From Candidatus Oxydemutatoraceae bacterium (lineage in GTDB: Bacteria; Pseudomonadota; Gammaproteobacteria; Poriferisulfidales; Oxydemutatoraceae): DNA of 64,000 nt. The notes under the pieces are model-generated. The model saw only the letters and a program-made list of their open reading frames with translations, ran no database searches and had not been told where the DNA came from. The position numbers and the translations under genes were made by a program. Below, piece after piece: positions 1 through 10,851 of the stretch. The first letter of the stretch is position 1, and each line of letters begins with the position of its first letter. The stretch is from the NCBI GenBank assembly GCA_965219575.1, contig OZ244779.1, positions 2,124,769-2,188,768 of the forward strand. The letters run 5' to 3'.

Positions 1-170
1 CGGCTTTGACATAGCTCTACCGCAACCGAATCGTACGCACCACTTTCGAGCAATATGCGTACCATATCGGCACTTGCCCTAGACACATGGGCGGTTCCTA
101 AAACGGTGACGCGCACGCCTTGATATTCAAGTTCCACCAGAGGTTCCGATTGCAGTTGTGTCTTATCCAT
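1..170 (-). CDS. TraB/GumN-family protein, 5' part only (runs off the window edge)
   Basis: Not in the ORF track. Manual translation from ATG at 170 gives MDKTQLQSEPLVELEYQGVRVTVLGTAHVSRASADMVRILLESGAYDSVAVELCQSR; GTAHVS...VAVELC is the TraB N-terminal motif. Confidence 0.8.
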   Translation of the reverse strand, partial: MDKTQLQSEPLVELEYQGVRVTVLGTAHVSRASADMVRILLESGAYDSVAVELCQS

Positions 171-924
171 CGTCTCCGCAAACTTTGCATTTTGCATTTC
201 TTCTCACACGCAGTTCTCGCCAATTCATCGTCTGTGCGTCAAATAACAAAAGACGACCTACTAGAGTGTCTCCGAGGTTTAATAAAATCTTCAGTGCTTC
301 AATCGCCTGCATACTTCCGATTACGCCTACCACCGGAGAAAGGATGCCGTTGGCAACACAACTCTCGTCCACATAAGTATCTTCGGTATAAAGACATTGA
401 TAACAGGGACTTTCGGTATCGCGAGCGTCAAACACGCTCAACTGCCCTTCCATACGGATAGCAGCCCCGTGGACCAGCGGTATTCGGGCGTGCCGGCAGG
501 CCTTGTTGATCGCATGACGTATCGCAAAATTGTCGGTTGCATCGACAACGACATCCACATCCATAACATATCGATGCAAAAGATCCAGATTCATTTTCCG
601 ATTTATAGACGTTATCTCAATGTCGGGGTTTAATCGGTGTAGCGTTTTTTGTGCCGATTCGGTTTTTCGCATATCGATACTCTCCGTATCGTGTATCGGT
701 TGTCTTTGTAAGTTCGATAAATCAACGCGGTCGTAATCGGCAATCAGCATATGCCCCACCCCGCTCGCTGCCAAGTACGTTGCCGCAGAAGACCCCAAAC
801 CACCCAAACCGACGACGAGCACCCGTGCCTCCAGTAACTTTTCCTGGCCCTCTATTCCGATTTGTGGCAATAGTATATGACGACTGTAGCGCAACAAAGC
901 GTGGTCGCTCAAGTCGTCCGTCAT
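163..924 (-). CDS. moeB: MoeB/ThiF-family adenylyltransferase
   Basis: RYSRHILL, GLGGLG, SNLQRQ, CYQC and CKVC motifs. Start trimmed to ATG 924, which overlaps the upstream stop (ATGA). Could be thiF. Confidence 0.85.
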   Translation of the reverse strand: MTDDLSDHALLRYSRHILLPQIGIEGQEKLLEARVLVVGLGGLGSSAATYLAASGVGHMLIADYDRVDLSNLQRQPIHDTESIDMRKTESAQKTLHRLNPDIEITSINRKMNLDLLHRYVMDVDVVVDATDNFAIRHAINKACRHARIPLVHGAAIRMEGQLSVFDARDTESPCYQCLYTEDTYVDESCVANGILSPVVGVIGSMQAIEALKILLNLGDTLVGRLLLFDAQTMNWRELRVRRNAKCKVCGDDG

Positions 925-1220
925 TGAGATTTGCGGTTTTTTAATGCTGCTTGTTGTTCTGCCGTCATCGGCTTTTGATAACGCGCTTTCCATTCCTTAT
1001 AAGGCATCCCGTATATCATCTTGCGAGCCTCTTCGTAATCCAACTCGATGTTGTGTTCTTCCGCCGCTGCCACATACCATTTTGCCAAACAATTTCTACA
1101 AAAATCCGCCAAGTTCATCAAGTCTATATTCTGAACTTCGGTTTTTTCCTGCAAATGCTTGATCAATCTGCGGTAGACGGCAGCTTCCAGTTCCAAGCGC
1201 GTGTCGTTGTCTATTTCCAT
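921..1220 (-). CDS. DUF1244-family protein
   Basis: ELEAAVYRRL...VQNIDLMNLADFCRNCLAKWY...IYGMPYKEWK signature. Confidence 0.85.
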   Translation of the reverse strand: MEIDNDTRLELEAAVYRRLIKHLQEKTEVQNIDLMNLADFCRNCLAKWYVAAAEEHNIELDYEEARKMIYGMPYKEWKARYQKPMTAEQQAALKNRKSQ

Positions 1221-1298
1221 CGTAATTACCTCGTTGTACTATCGTTGTCGGTCTAAAAAATTCTAACAAAATTATATTTTATACCAAAGTCAAACAGT

Positions 1299-1729
1299 CT
1301 GTTGTTGAAAACAAAACCAAATAGTGAAAGCGGTTGTAAACCACCCCGTCAGGCTTCGCCTGCCACCCCTCCACAGGAGGGGAATGTACCAACACTATAC
1401 CTTGTGCGGAACCCCGGCAACCACCCCATGGAAAGGCTTTACATTTTGCAGTATGTGTCAGAGGAGGCTGTTGAAAAAGTATCGTCAGCGTGCAACCGTA
1501 ACCGCTTGCGCCATGAATATTTGCAAACCACCCGTAGGGGCGGACTAGCATGTCCGCCCGTAACGCGTTGTGCCTAAACGATTTATACATTCATCCATCC
1601 AATTTATGGAAACCAAAACCAAATGGCGCAAGTGATTGGATTCGTACGATGCCGCACTTTTTCAACAGCCCCCCCCTTGACAACCACCCCGTCAAGCTTC
1701 GCTTGACACCCCTCCACAGGAGGGGAATT
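1299..1729. repeat. Mosaic palindromic repeat cluster 1 (two CCCCTCC-NNN-GGAGGGG modules flanking a MITE)
   Basis: Modules at 1341-1385 and 1684-1728; the same modules recur at other intergenic sites in the window. Confidence 0.85.
1466..1670 (+). mobile_element. 205-bp MITE-like element, copy 1
   Basis: Terminal inverted repeats GGCTGTTGAAAAAGT...ACTTTTTCAACAGCC; near-identical inverted copy at 4763-4967; internal GTAG-hairpin at 1534-1559. Confidence 0.8.
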
Positions 1730-1976
1730 ATGGTTTAGTCGGTTAGTCCTTCAAGAAATACTCTAACTTGTACTTGTATAGTAACTGGATTAGGATCACC
1801 TACTAGTTGAGGTTTGACATACTCTGCATTAGGAACAAGATATAGTTCATCTTTTATCACACTTAATGGATTTTCTATGAAACCTATATGACGTTCTCCC
1901 AAAATTTAGTACTAATGCTTAAAGTTAGTTTTTCCGATAAACTAGAGAAGTTAAAAACATTACAGGAGAACTTAAC

Positions 1977-2243
1977 ATGAAGAGAAAACGTTTTAGTGAA
2001 GAACAAATCATTAAGGCATTAAAGTCAAATCAAGCCGGCATGAAAGTAATCGATATCTGTCGTGATCTAGGCATCGCCGAACAGACATTTTATCGCTGGC
2101 GCAGCAAGTATAATGGCATGGAAGTGGCAGAAGCTAAACGCCTGCGAGAGCTTGAAGCCGATAATAGCAAGCTCAAGAAGCTATTGGCTGAATCGGTGAT
2201 GCAGTGTGAAACACTTAAGGAGGTATTATCAAAAAAGTGGTAA
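1977..2243 (+). CDS. IS3 transposase OrfA (HTH)
   Basis: MKRKRFSEEQII...TFYRWRSKY...KKW. Confidence 0.95.
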   Translation: MKRKRFSEEQIIKALKSNQAGMKVIDICRDLGIAEQTFYRWRSKYNGMEVAEAKRLRELEADNSKLKKLLAESVMQCETLKEVLSKKW

Positions 2244-3061
2244 AGCCGGCGCAACGCAAGCAGATTGTCAAAGATCTAGTGAGCGCGGGTCGGCATAGTG
2301 AACGCACTGCGTGTGCCCTTGCCAGTATTAGTCGCACTGCATATCGCTATCAGGGCAACCAAGCCGATAAAGATCGTCAACTGGAAGCTGCGTTATTGGA
2401 GAAGGCAAAGCAATATCCACATTATGGCTATAAGATGTTGCATGCGCTTTTGAAGAGCGAAGGCCGGGTCGTCAATGTGAAGCGTACCTATAGGCTTTAT
2501 AAGAAGCTCAGGCTCGAATTGAGAACCAAGAAGCGCAAGAAGCTGTGTCATCCGCGTGGCGTGCCGAAAACACCGGCAACGGTGAATGAGTGCTGGTCAA
2601 TGGACTTTGTGCATGACCAGTTTAGCGACGGCAGATGCTTTCGGGTATTGAACATAGTAGATAACTTCAGCCGTGAATGTGTCGGACAGATTGTTGATGT
2701 TTCGATCACCGGTCAACGCGTAGCAAACTATCTATCCGAATTGATAGAATGGCTCGGTGTGAAGCCGGCACGCATCGTCTGCGACAATGGCACCGAGTTT
2801 AGATGCAAGGCGATGTTCCACTGGAGCCGAGATCAGCAGGTGGAATTGGACTTTATCCAACCCGGCAAACCGACCCAGAATGCCTTTGTAGAAAGTTTCA
2901 ACGGCAAGTTCCGAGACGGTTGTCTGAACCAGTTCTGGTTTCGTTCAATAAAAGAGGCGAGAGAGATTATAGAAGCCTGGCGAATAGATTATAATGAAGT
3001 GCGTCCGCACAGCGCATTGGGTTATCAACCCCCAAGTGTATTTGCGGAGGCTATAGCATGA
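2237..3061 (+). CDS. IS3 transposase OrfB (DDE); joined to OrfA by -1 frameshift
   Basis: WSMDF, DNGTEF, PGKPTQNAFVESFNG, YNEVRPHSALG. Confidence 0.95.
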   Translation: MVKPAQRKQIVKDLVSAGRHSERTACALASISRTAYRYQGNQADKDRQLEAALLEKAKQYPHYGYKMLHALLKSEGRVVNVKRTYRLYKKLRLELRTKKRKKLCHPRGVPKTPATVNECWSMDFVHDQFSDGRCFRVLNIVDNFSRECVGQIVDVSITGQRVANYLSELIEWLGVKPARIVCDNGTEFRCKAMFHWSRDQQVELDFIQPGKPTQNAFVESFNGKFRDGCLNQFWFRSIKEAREIIEAWRIDYNEVRPHSALGYQPPSVFAEAIA

Positions 3062-3394
3062 AAACTAACTTTGTATATGGTAATAAAAATGGGGCAACGT
3101 CATATATGTTCTCCTTCCTCGTTATACTCATTTAAACACTCAACAGATAGTCTACCTAAACCATGCTCATAGTCAGGACCGGGAGGTCCCATATCCACTG
3201 CACAGCTTTTAACTATTGCAACAGAGGTGACTGCAGCTTGCAGATCTGTCATAGGTTCTTGCCACTCATATTCAGGATAGTTTCTTATAAAATAGGAAAC
3301 TGCCCATGACGTTCTCCCAAAATTTAGTACTAATGCTTAAAGTTAGTTTTTCCGATAAACTAGAGAAGTTAAAAACATTACAGGAGAACTTAAC

Positions 3395-3661
3395 ATGAAG
3401 AGAAAACGTTTTAGTGAAGAACAAATCATTAAGGCATTAAAGTCAAATCAAGCCGGCATGAAAGTAATCGATATCTGTCGTGATCTAGGCATCGCCGAAC
3501 AGACATTTTATCGCTGGCGCAGCAAGTATAATGGCATGGAAGTGGCAGAAGCTAAACGCCTGCGAGAGCTTGAAGCCGATAATAGCAAGCTCAAGAAGCT
3601 ATTGGCTGAATCGGTGATGCAGTGTGAAACACTTAAGGAGGTATTATCAAAAAAGTGGTAA
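3395..3661 (+). CDS. IS3 transposase OrfA
   Basis: Identical protein to 1977-2243; A6G at 3649-3655. Confidence 0.95.
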   Translation: MKRKRFSEEQIIKALKSNQAGMKVIDICRDLGIAEQTFYRWRSKYNGMEVAEAKRLRELEADNSKLKKLLAESVMQCETLKEVLSKKW

Positions 3662-4479
3662 AGCCGGCGCAACGCAAGCAGATTGTCAAAGATCTAGTGA
3701 GCGCGGGTCGGCATAGTGAACGCACTGCGTGTGCCCTTGCCAGTATTAGTCGCACTGCATATCGCTATCAGGGCAACCAAGCCGATAAAGATCGTCAACT
3801 GGAAGCTGCGTTATTGGAGAAGGCAAAGCAATATCCACATTATGGCTATAAGATGTTGCATGCGCTTTTGAAGAGCGAAGGCCGGGTCGTCAATGTGAAG
3901 CGTACCTATAGGCTTTATAAGAAGCTCAGGCTCGAATTGAGAACCAAGAAGCGCAAGAAGCTGTGTCATCCGCGTGGCGTGCCGAAAACACCGGCAACGG
4001 TGAATGAGTGCTGGTCAATGGACTTTGTGCATGACCAGTTTAGCGACGGCAGATGCTTTCGGGTATTGAACATAGTAGATAACTTCAGCCGTGAATGTGT
4101 CGGACAGATTGTTGATGTTTCGATCACCGGTCAACGCGTAGCAAACTATCTATCCGAATTGATAGAATGGCTCGGTGTGAAGCCGGCACGCATCGTCTGC
4201 GACAATGGCACCGAGTTTAGATGCAAGGCGATGTTTCACTGGAGCCGAGATCAGCAGGTGGAATTGGACTTTATCCAACCCGGCAAACCGACCCAGAATG
4301 CCTTTGTAGAAAGTTTCAACGGCAAGTTCCGAGACGGTTGTCTGAACCAGTTCTGGTTTCGTTCAATAAAAGAGGCGAGAGAGATTATAGAAGCCTGGCG
4401 AATAGATTATAATGAAGTGCGTCCGCACAGCGCATTGGGTTATCAACCCCCAAGTGTATTTGCGGAGGCTATAGCATGA
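3655..4479 (+). CDS. IS3 transposase OrfB
   Basis: Identical protein to 2237-3061. Confidence 0.95.
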   Translation: MVKPAQRKQIVKDLVSAGRHSERTACALASISRTAYRYQGNQADKDRQLEAALLEKAKQYPHYGYKMLHALLKSEGRVVNVKRTYRLYKKLRLELRTKKRKKLCHPRGVPKTPATVNECWSMDFVHDQFSDGRCFRVLNIVDNFSRECVGQIVDVSITGQRVANYLSELIEWLGVKPARIVCDNGTEFRCKAMFHWSRDQQVELDFIQPGKPTQNAFVESFNGKFRDGCLNQFWFRSIKEAREIIEAWRIDYNEVRPHSALGYQPPSVFAEAIA

Positions 4480-4520
4480 AAACTAACTTTGTATATGGTA
4501 ATAAAAATGGGGTAACGTCA

Positions 4521-5098
4521 GTTCAATCGGCGGTTCTATTGCGCCTGCCACCCCTCCGAAGGAGGGGAATGTACCGGCACTGCACTTTTGCAGACCCTTA
4601 GCGACCACCCCATGAAAAGGCTTTACATTTTGCAATATGTACTAAGATTTTGCACAACGTTACGCCGATTGACCTACTGGCTCAATCGGCGGTTCTATTG
4701 CGCCTGCCACCCCTCCAGAGGAGGGGAATGTACCGGCACTGTAGCTTGTGCAGAACCTTGGGGGCTGTTGAAAAAGTGCGGCATCGTACGAATCCAATCA
4801 CTTGCGCCATTTGGTTTTGGTTTCCATAAATTGGATGGATGAATGTATAAATCGTGTAGGCACAACGCGTTACGGGCGGACATGCTAGTCCGCCCCTACG
4901 GGTGGTTTGCAAATATTCACGGCGCAAGCGGTTACGGTTGCACGCTGACGATACTTTTTCAACAGCCCCCAGAGTTCTGCACAACGTGACACCACTTGTG
5001 CTACTGCAACAAGTGGTGGTTCTATACGCCGCCACCCCTCCAAAGGAGGGGAATGTACTAGTGCGGAACCGCAATGTAACCGACATGTGTAGGGGCGG
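4521..5098. repeat. Mosaic palindromic repeat cluster 2
   Basis: Three CCCCTCC-NNN-GGAGGGG hairpins, GCCGATTGA...TCAATCGGC hairpins, a MITE and a GTAGGGGCGG half-site. Confidence 0.85.
4763..4967 (-). mobile_element. 205-bp MITE-like element, copy 2 (inverted relative to copy 1)
   Basis: Reverse complement of 1466-1670 with few differences; the inverted repeat extends outward to 4746/4984 (TTGTGCAGAAC...GTTCTGCACAA). Confidence 0.8.
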
Positions 5099-5108
5099 TT
5101 ATCGCAAA

Positions 5109-6365
5109 TTAGGCGAGTGCTTGTTCTATATCCGCGATAATGTCGTCTATGTGTTCTATACCTATCGATAGTCTAACCAAGTCTTCGGTGACACCGGAAC
5201 TTTTGAGATCCGCTTTTGAGAGTTGACGATGGGTCGTCGTGGCGGGATGACACGCCAACGAGCGCGCATCGCCTATGTTGACGAGACGCAGAATAAGTTG
5301 CAAGGCATCTATGAACTTAGCACCTGCTTCGGCACCACCTTCTATACCGAAACTCAAGATGCCGGATGCCTTGCCGCTCAAATAACGGTCTACCAACGAC
5401 CTACTCGGATGGTCGTCTAAGCCGGCATAATTAACCCACCGCACCCGCGGATGGGCTTGCAGATAGCGAGCGACGGCAAGCGCGTTATCGCTATGCCGCT
5501 CTATACGCAACGGCATCGTCTCTAAACCTTGTAAGATTAAAAAGCTATTCAACGGGGCGAGTGCGGAACCCATATTCCTGAGCGGCACCACGCGTGCTCT
5601 GGCAATAAAGGCAGCTTCACCCATCGCTTCCACATAGCTAACGCCGTGATACGACGGGTCGGGTTCTATCAGCATAGAATAACGGTCGGCGTGTTCTTGC
5701 CATGGGAAACGTCCCGAGTCAACGATAATGCCGCCGATGCTGTTGCCGTGTCCGCCCATATATTTAGTCAGAGAATGTACGACGATATCGGCACCGTGCT
5801 CAAAAGGTCGGCAGAGATAAGGAGTCGGCACCGTATTATCGACGACCAATAAAATACCGTTCTTCCGGCAAGTCTCGGCGAGTGGTGTCAAATCGCAAAC
5901 ATTTCCTGCCGGGTTACCCAACGACTCACAAAAAACGAGCTTGGTTTTGTCGTCGATTAAATCGGCTATCTGTTCGTCTTCGGTGAAGCGTACCTCTATA
6001 CCCAGACGCGGCAGTGTATGCGCAAATAAATTATAGGTCCCACCGTAAAGTTGACTCGTCGAAATAATGTTATCTCCGCTATCGGCGACGGTAAATATCG
6101 CGTAGGTAGTCGCTGCCATTCCCGACGATAAAGCCAGCGCACCGATGCCGCCTTCCATCGCAGCGACGCGTTTTTCCAATACATCGGTCGTTGGATTCAT
6201 GATTCGGGTATAGATGTTGCCCATCTCTTTAAGGTCGAATAAATCGGCACCGTGTTGGGTATCCCTGAAAGTATAAGAGGTGGTTTGATAAATCGGCGTG
6301 ACCGCAGCACGCGTTGTCGCCTCACATTCGTATCCGGCGTGTATCGCAATTGTTTCCAGTTTCAT
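5109..6365 (-). CDS. metY: O-acetylhomoserine aminocarboxypropyltransferase / cysteine synthase
   Basis: PIYQTTSY, GNIYTRIMNPT, HSLTKY PLP-lysine motif, HPATTTHRQL. Confidence 0.9.
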   Translation of the reverse strand: MKLETIAIHAGYECEATTRAAVTPIYQTTSYTFRDTQHGADLFDLKEMGNIYTRIMNPTTDVLEKRVAAMEGGIGALALSSGMAATTYAIFTVADSGDNIISTSQLYGGTYNLFAHTLPRLGIEVRFTEDEQIADLIDDKTKLVFCESLGNPAGNVCDLTPLAETCRKNGILLVVDNTVPTPYLCRPFEHGADIVVHSLTKYMGGHGNSIGGIIVDSGRFPWQEHADRYSMLIEPDPSYHGVSYVEAMGEAAFIARARVVPLRNMGSALAPLNSFLILQGLETMPLRIERHSDNALAVARYLQAHPRVRWVNYAGLDDHPSRSLVDRYLSGKASGILSFGIEGGAEAGAKFIDALQLILRLVNIGDARSLACHPATTTHRQLSKADLKSSGVTEDLVRLSIGIEHIDDIIADIEQALA

Positions 6366-6384
6366 GTGTTAGTCCTCCTTAATA

Positions 6385-9300
6385 TCATAAGCTATATACA
6401 TCGTAATCATCCGATTCCATCGCCTCGACGATGGCACAAGCACCGGCGATTGTTGTAGTGTAGCACACTCTATTCTGTACCGCACTAGATCGTATGGTAC
6501 GCGAATCGGTGATCGCTTGTCTACCCTCGGTTGTATTGATGATCAAATTAACTGTCCCGTCGTCTATAAAATCAACAACATTGGGACGACGATTCTCTAT
6601 AACCTTGTAGACAGGACGACACGCAATGCCGGCGTCGTTAAACGCTTGCCGAGTGCCTCGGGTTGCCAATATATCGAAGCCTTTGTCGCTTAGGTTTCGG
6701 GCAATTTCCGTCGCTGCCTGTTTGTCCACATCGCGCACGCTCATCAGCACCGTACCACCACGCGGTAATGTGTTGCCCGCTGCGAGTTGTGCTTTGGCAT
6801 AAGCCTCGCCGAAATTTCGACCGCTTCCCATCACCTCACCGGTAGAGCGCATCTCGGGACCCAAGATCGGATCCACACCTATAAATTTATTGAACGGAAA
6901 AACCGCCTCCTTGACCGCAAAACGAAAGGCACTCTGCCTCACCTCCCTCGGCACATAAAGACCTTCGCCGTTTTCTACGAAACCCTGTTTTTTAAGGTCT
7001 ATATCAACCATGCAGCGAGCGGCGATTTTAGCCAGCGGCAAACCGATGGCCTTGGATACGAACGGCACCGTGCGCGACGCACGCGGATTGACCTCTATGA
7101 CATAGACCTGATTGTTCTTGATAGCGAACTGTGCGTTCATCAATCCTTTGATGTCGAGGGCGAGGGCGATGATTTTAATTTGCCGTGCGAGTTCGGTTTG
7201 TATCGCTTCGGGCAAGGAATAAGGTGGGATTGAACAGGCGGAGTCACCCGAATGTACCCCGGCTTGCTCGATATGTTCCATGATACCGCCGAGTAGTACA
7301 TTTTCCCCGTCGCACACTGCGTCTACATCGACCTCTATCGCATCGGACAAGAAACGGTCTATCAAAACCGGTTTGTTTTTTGATACTTGGGTCGCCTCTA
7401 ATATGTAATGTTTGAGTTCGCCTTCGTCGTACACGATCTTCATCGCACGGCCTCCCAAAACAAAAGAGGGTCTGACGATAATCGGATAGCCTATCGTGGC
7501 GGCAATGTCCAACGCCTCCGCTTCGGTCAGCGCAATGCCGTTGGGCGGCTGCCTCAAACCCAACTGTTTTATGACCTCCTGAAAACGCTTCCGATCTTCG
7601 GCCAAGCCGATGGTGTCGGCACTGCTCCCGAGTATAGGCACGCCGGTGTCGGCTAAACTTTGGGTCAGATTCAAAGGTGTTTGACCGCCGTATTGCACCA
7701 CCACACCTTTGAAATCACCATTGCTTTTTTCGGTTTCTATAACATTCAGTACATGCTCGAAATCCAAAGGCTCGAAATAGAGACGATCCGAGGTGTCGTA
7801 ATCGGTTGATACCGTCTCGGGATTGCAGTTGATCATAATCGTCTCATAGCCGGCTTCGCGCAATGCAAACGAAGCATGCACACAACAATAATCAAACTCT
7901 ATACCTTGCCCTATACGATTGGGACCGCTACCCAGTATGATAATCTTTTGCCTAGCACTCGGATACGCCTCACATTCCTCGTCATAACACGAATACAAAT
8001 AAGCGGTCTGCGTGTCAAACTCCGCCGCACAACTATCCACTCTTTTGTATGTCGTATTAATCTTTGCATTACGACGGCTGTCGTAGACTATTCGATCGTC
8101 GACCGACAATAACCTTGCAATATGTGCATCGGCAAAGCCCTGCCGTTTGAGTTCGTGTAAATGCGTACGGTTAGAAATCTCAAAAAGACGGTGTTTTATC
8201 TTTTTTTCGGCATCTATGATCTCCGACATTTGACTTAGAAACCAAGGATCTATCTTGGTCGATTCATAGAGCCGATCGATACCAACGCCCATTCTCAAAG
8301 CCTCGGCGATCAACAATATCCTGTTCGGGGTTGCATCGTGCAAGCGTAATACGAGTTCATCGATATCGTTGCTCGGTGCCGACTCGGTGTGCGGTGCTTG
8401 CGTCGAGGCAAGCCCTACATACCCTAGCTCCAAACTGCACAATGCTTTCTGCAAGGACTCCTTGAAAGTCCTACCGATTGCCATCGCCTCGCCGACCGAT
8501 TTCATTTGCGTCGTCAGATGATTAGAGATTTGAGGGAATTTCATAAAATCAAAACGCGGTATTTTAGTAACCACATAATCTATCGTCGGTTCAAAAGATG
8601 CCGGTGTCGCCCCACCGGTAATCTCGTTCTTTAATTCATCCAAGCTATAACCTACCGCCAATTTCGCAGCGACCTTGGCAATCGGGAAACCGGTTGCCTT
8701 AGACGCCAACGCCGAGGAGCGCGAGACGCGCGGATTCATCTCTATCACCACCATACGGCCGTCTTCCGGGTTGATCGCAAACTGCACATTGGAACCCCCG
8801 GTATCTACACCGATCTCTCGCAACACCGCAATCGAGGCGTTTCGCATCTTTTGGTATTCCTTGTCGGTTAAGGTTTGTATAGGTGCGACCGTGATCGAGT
8901 CGCCGGTGTGTACCCCCATCGGGTCGAAGTTTTCTATCGAACATACGACGATGCAATTATCGTTGCAATCGCGTACGACTTCTATTTCAAATTCCTTCCA
9001 GCCCAATAAGGACTCTTCTAACAAAACCTCGCTGATCGGCGACAACGCCAAACCGTGCTTGACTATGTCCTCGAACTCCTCGGGATTGCGAGCAATACCG
9101 CTGCCGCTACCACCTAAGGTATAAGACGGTCTGACGATGATCGGGAAACCCAACCGCTCGGGTACGGCCTGCGCTTGTTGCCAATCTTTTACGACAACCG
9201 AGCGCGCACTTTTTAGACCGATGTTCTCCATCGCTTTGCGGAACAACAAACGATCCTCGGCTTTGCTAATCGCTTCCGACGAAGCACCGATTAATTGCAC

Positions 9301-9636
9301 GCCGAATTTCTGCAACACGCCTTCTCGCTGCAAGTCCATCGCACAATTCAAAGCGGTCTGCCCACCCATTGTCGGCAACAAGGCATCGGGTCTTTCTTTT
9401 TCTATAATTTTCTCCAGTGTGCGCCATTCTACAGGCTCTATATAAATCGTATCGGCAGTATCCGGGTCGGTCATAATCGTCGCCGGATTGGAATTGACCA
9501 AGACGACGCTATAGCCCTCCTCGCGCAACGCTTTGCACGCTTGCACACCGGAATAATCAAACTCGCACGCCTGCCCGATAACGATAGGCCCGGCACCGAT
9601 GATCAAGATACGGGATAAGTCCTCACGCTTGGGCAT
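6385..9636 (-). CDS. carB: Carbamoyl-phosphate synthase large subunit
   Basis: [17 protein letters not shown], duplicated ATP-grasp domains, 1083 aa. Confidence 0.98.
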   Translation of the reverse strand: MPKREDLSRILIIGAGPIVIGQACEFDYSGVQACKALREEGYSVVLVNSNPATIMTDPDTADTIYIEPVEWRTLEKIIEKERPDALLPTMGGQTALNCAMDLQREGVLQKFGVQLIGASSEAISKAEDRLLFRKAMENIGLKSARSVVVKDWQQAQAVPERLGFPIIVRPSYTLGGSGSGIARNPEEFEDIVKHGLALSPISEVLLEESLLGWKEFEIEVVRDCNDNCIVVCSIENFDPMGVHTGDSITVAPIQTLTDKEYQKMRNASIAVLREIGVDTGGSNVQFAINPEDGRMVVIEMNPRVSRSSALASKATGFPIAKVAAKLAVGYSLDELKNEITGGATPASFEPTIDYVVTKIPRFDFMKFPQISNHLTTQMKSVGEAMAIGRTFKESLQKALCSLELGYVGLASTQAPHTESAPSNDIDELVLRLHDATPNRILLIAEALRMGVGIDRLYESTKIDPWFLSQMSEIIDAEKKIKHRLFEISNRTHLHELKRQGFADAHIARLLSVDDRIVYDSRRNAKINTTYKRVDSCAAEFDTQTAYLYSCYDEECEAYPSARQKIIILGSGPNRIGQGIEFDYCCVHASFALREAGYETIMINCNPETVSTDYDTSDRLYFEPLDFEHVLNVIETEKSNGDFKGVVVQYGGQTPLNLTQSLADTGVPILGSSADTIGLAEDRKRFQEVIKQLGLRQPPNGIALTEAEALDIAATIGYPIIVRPSFVLGGRAMKIVYDEGELKHYILEATQVSKNKPVLIDRFLSDAIEVDVDAVCDGENVLLGGIMEHIEQAGVHSGDSACSIPPYSLPEAIQTELARQIKIIALALDIKGLMNAQFAIKNNQVYVIEVNPRASRTVPFVSKAIGLPLAKIAARCMVDIDLKKQGFVENGEGLYVPREVRQSAFRFAVKEAVFPFNKFIGVDPILGPEMRSTGEVMGSGRNFGEAYAKAQLAAGNTLPRGGTVLMSVRDVDKQAATEIARNLSDKGFDILATRGTRQAFNDAGIACRPVYKVIENRRPNVVDFIDDGTVNLIINTTEGRQAITDSRTIRSSAVQNRVCYTTTIAGACAIVEAMESDDYDVYSL

Positions 9637-10720
9637 TAGATTCCATGTGTCGGATAAAATTATCGAACAATGCGCTCACATCGTGGGGTCCGGGGCTCGC
9701 TTCCGGATGACCTTGAAAGCCGAATGCAGGATAATCTTTGTGGCGTATGCCCTGAATCGTGTTATCGAACAACGATAGATGACTGACTTCCAACTGCTTG
9801 GGCAGACTTGCCGCATCGATGCAAAAACCATGATTTTGGCTCGTCAGCATCACCCGCTTACTGGATAAGTCGAGCACCGGATGATTCGCCCCGTGATGCC
9901 CGAACTTCATCTTCATCGTTTGCGCACCGCTTGCCAAACCGAGCAACTGATGTCCCAGGCATATTCCGAAAATAGGCAAGCCACTCGGCAAAAGCTCGCG
10001 TATCGTATCGATTGCATAATCGCAAGGTTCGGGGTCACCCGGCCCGTTGGACAAAAAAACACCGTCGGGCTGCTGTGTCAATACCTCCGCCGCCGTTGTC
10101 TTCGCCGGCACTACCGTGATACGACAACCGCGCGCTGCCAGGTGTCTCAATATGTTACGCTTGATACCGTAATCGAATGCCACCACATGTCGCTGCGAGT
10201 CTTCGTCTGCATCCCAACGATAAGACTCTTCGGTACTCACATGTTGTGCCAAATCTTTGTCTTTCAAACCCGAGAAGTTACGCAACGCAACTTCGGCATC
10301 ATCTTGAGATACCCCCTCGTCAAACACCACTCCGTCCTGTGCACCGTGCATACGCAAATGCCGCGTGAGGCGACGAGTATCTACATCGGCTATTGCAACA
10401 ACCTTGCTGCCTACCAGATAATCGTTCAAATCCTGCTTACGCCGCCAACTGCTCGCTTGCGACGGCAAATCGCGAATAACCAGTGCTGCCGCATAAATTC
10501 CACCGGATTCCACATCGTCATCGTTGACACCCGTATTACCGATATGCGGATACGTCAATGTCACAATCTGTTGCGCATAAGACGGGTCGGTCAAAATTTC
10601 CTGATAACCGGTCATCGCCGTATTGAAAACAACCTCACCGACGGCAATACCACTAGCCCCGATAGAGATACCGTCGAAACGAGTACCGTCTCTCAACAAA
10701 AGCGTAGCAGAACTTGCCAT
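9623..10720 (-). CDS. carA: Carbamoyl-phosphate synthase small subunit
   Basis: [39 protein letters not shown]. Confidence 0.98.
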   Translation of the reverse strand: MASSATLLLRDGTRFDGISIGASGIAVGEVVFNTAMTGYQEILTDPSYAQQIVTLTYPHIGNTGVNDDDVESGGIYAAALVIRDLPSQASSWRRKQDLNDYLVGSKVVAIADVDTRRLTRHLRMHGAQDGVVFDEGVSQDDAEVALRNFSGLKDKDLAQHVSTEESYRWDADEDSQRHVVAFDYGIKRNILRHLAARGCRITVVPAKTTAAEVLTQQPDGVFLSNGPGDPEPCDYAIDTIRELLPSGLPIFGICLGHQLLGLASGAQTMKMKFGHHGANHPVLDLSSKRVMLTSQNHGFCIDAASLPKQLEVSHLSLFDNTIQGIRHKDYPAFGFQGHPEASPGPHDVSALFDNFIRHMESNAQA

Positions 10721-10851
10721 CTTGCTAAATTACTATTAGAAATTATCAATTAAATGTTTGCACTTAAAATCGGAAGCTGCGCACTGCCCTCCACCGGTAC
10801 GCCACCTGCAATGCGCCTATTATACAACCGGTTGAAAAATTGTCGTATTGA

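Larger units (their letters stand above)
1889..3102 (+). mobile_element. IS3-family insertion sequence (IS407-like), copy 1, 1214 bp
   Basis: TG...CA ends; IRL TGACGTTCTCCCA vs IRR reverse complement TGACGTTGCCCCA; 4-bp TATA duplication at 1885-1888 and 3103-3106; orfA/orfB with A6G slippery site at 2231-2237. Confidence 0.95.
1735..3306 (-). pseudogene. 3' remnant of a subtilase (S8)-like gene, interrupted by IS copy 1 and truncated by IS copy 2
   Basis: Joining 3306-3107 to 1888-1735 across the TATA duplication restores an open frame of about 118 codons: WAVSYFIRNYPEYEWQEPMTDLQAAVTSVAIVKSCAVDMGPPGPDYEHGLGRLSVECLNEYNEEGEHIGFIENPL...TIQVQVRVFLEGLTD*. AVDMGPPGPDYEHGLGRL resembles the S8 C-terminal motif. 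Confidence 0.7.
3307..4520 (+). mobile_element. IS3-family insertion sequence, copy 2, 1214 bp, no target duplication
   Basis: Matches copy 1 except two substitutions I could find (one synonymous in orfB, one in IRR). Flanks CCCA and GTTC do not match. Confidence 0.95.

Noticed and set aside
2231-2237. orfA/orfB split as a pseudogene or novel recoding event
   Set aside because: The A6G -1 frameshift is the standard IS3-family expression mechanism.
1299-5098. Small ORFs in the repeat clusters (e.g. 1279-1590, 1302-1577, 4588-4842, 4682-5086) as real genes
   Set aside because: They are translations of repeat modules in several frames, with no recognisable protein motifs.
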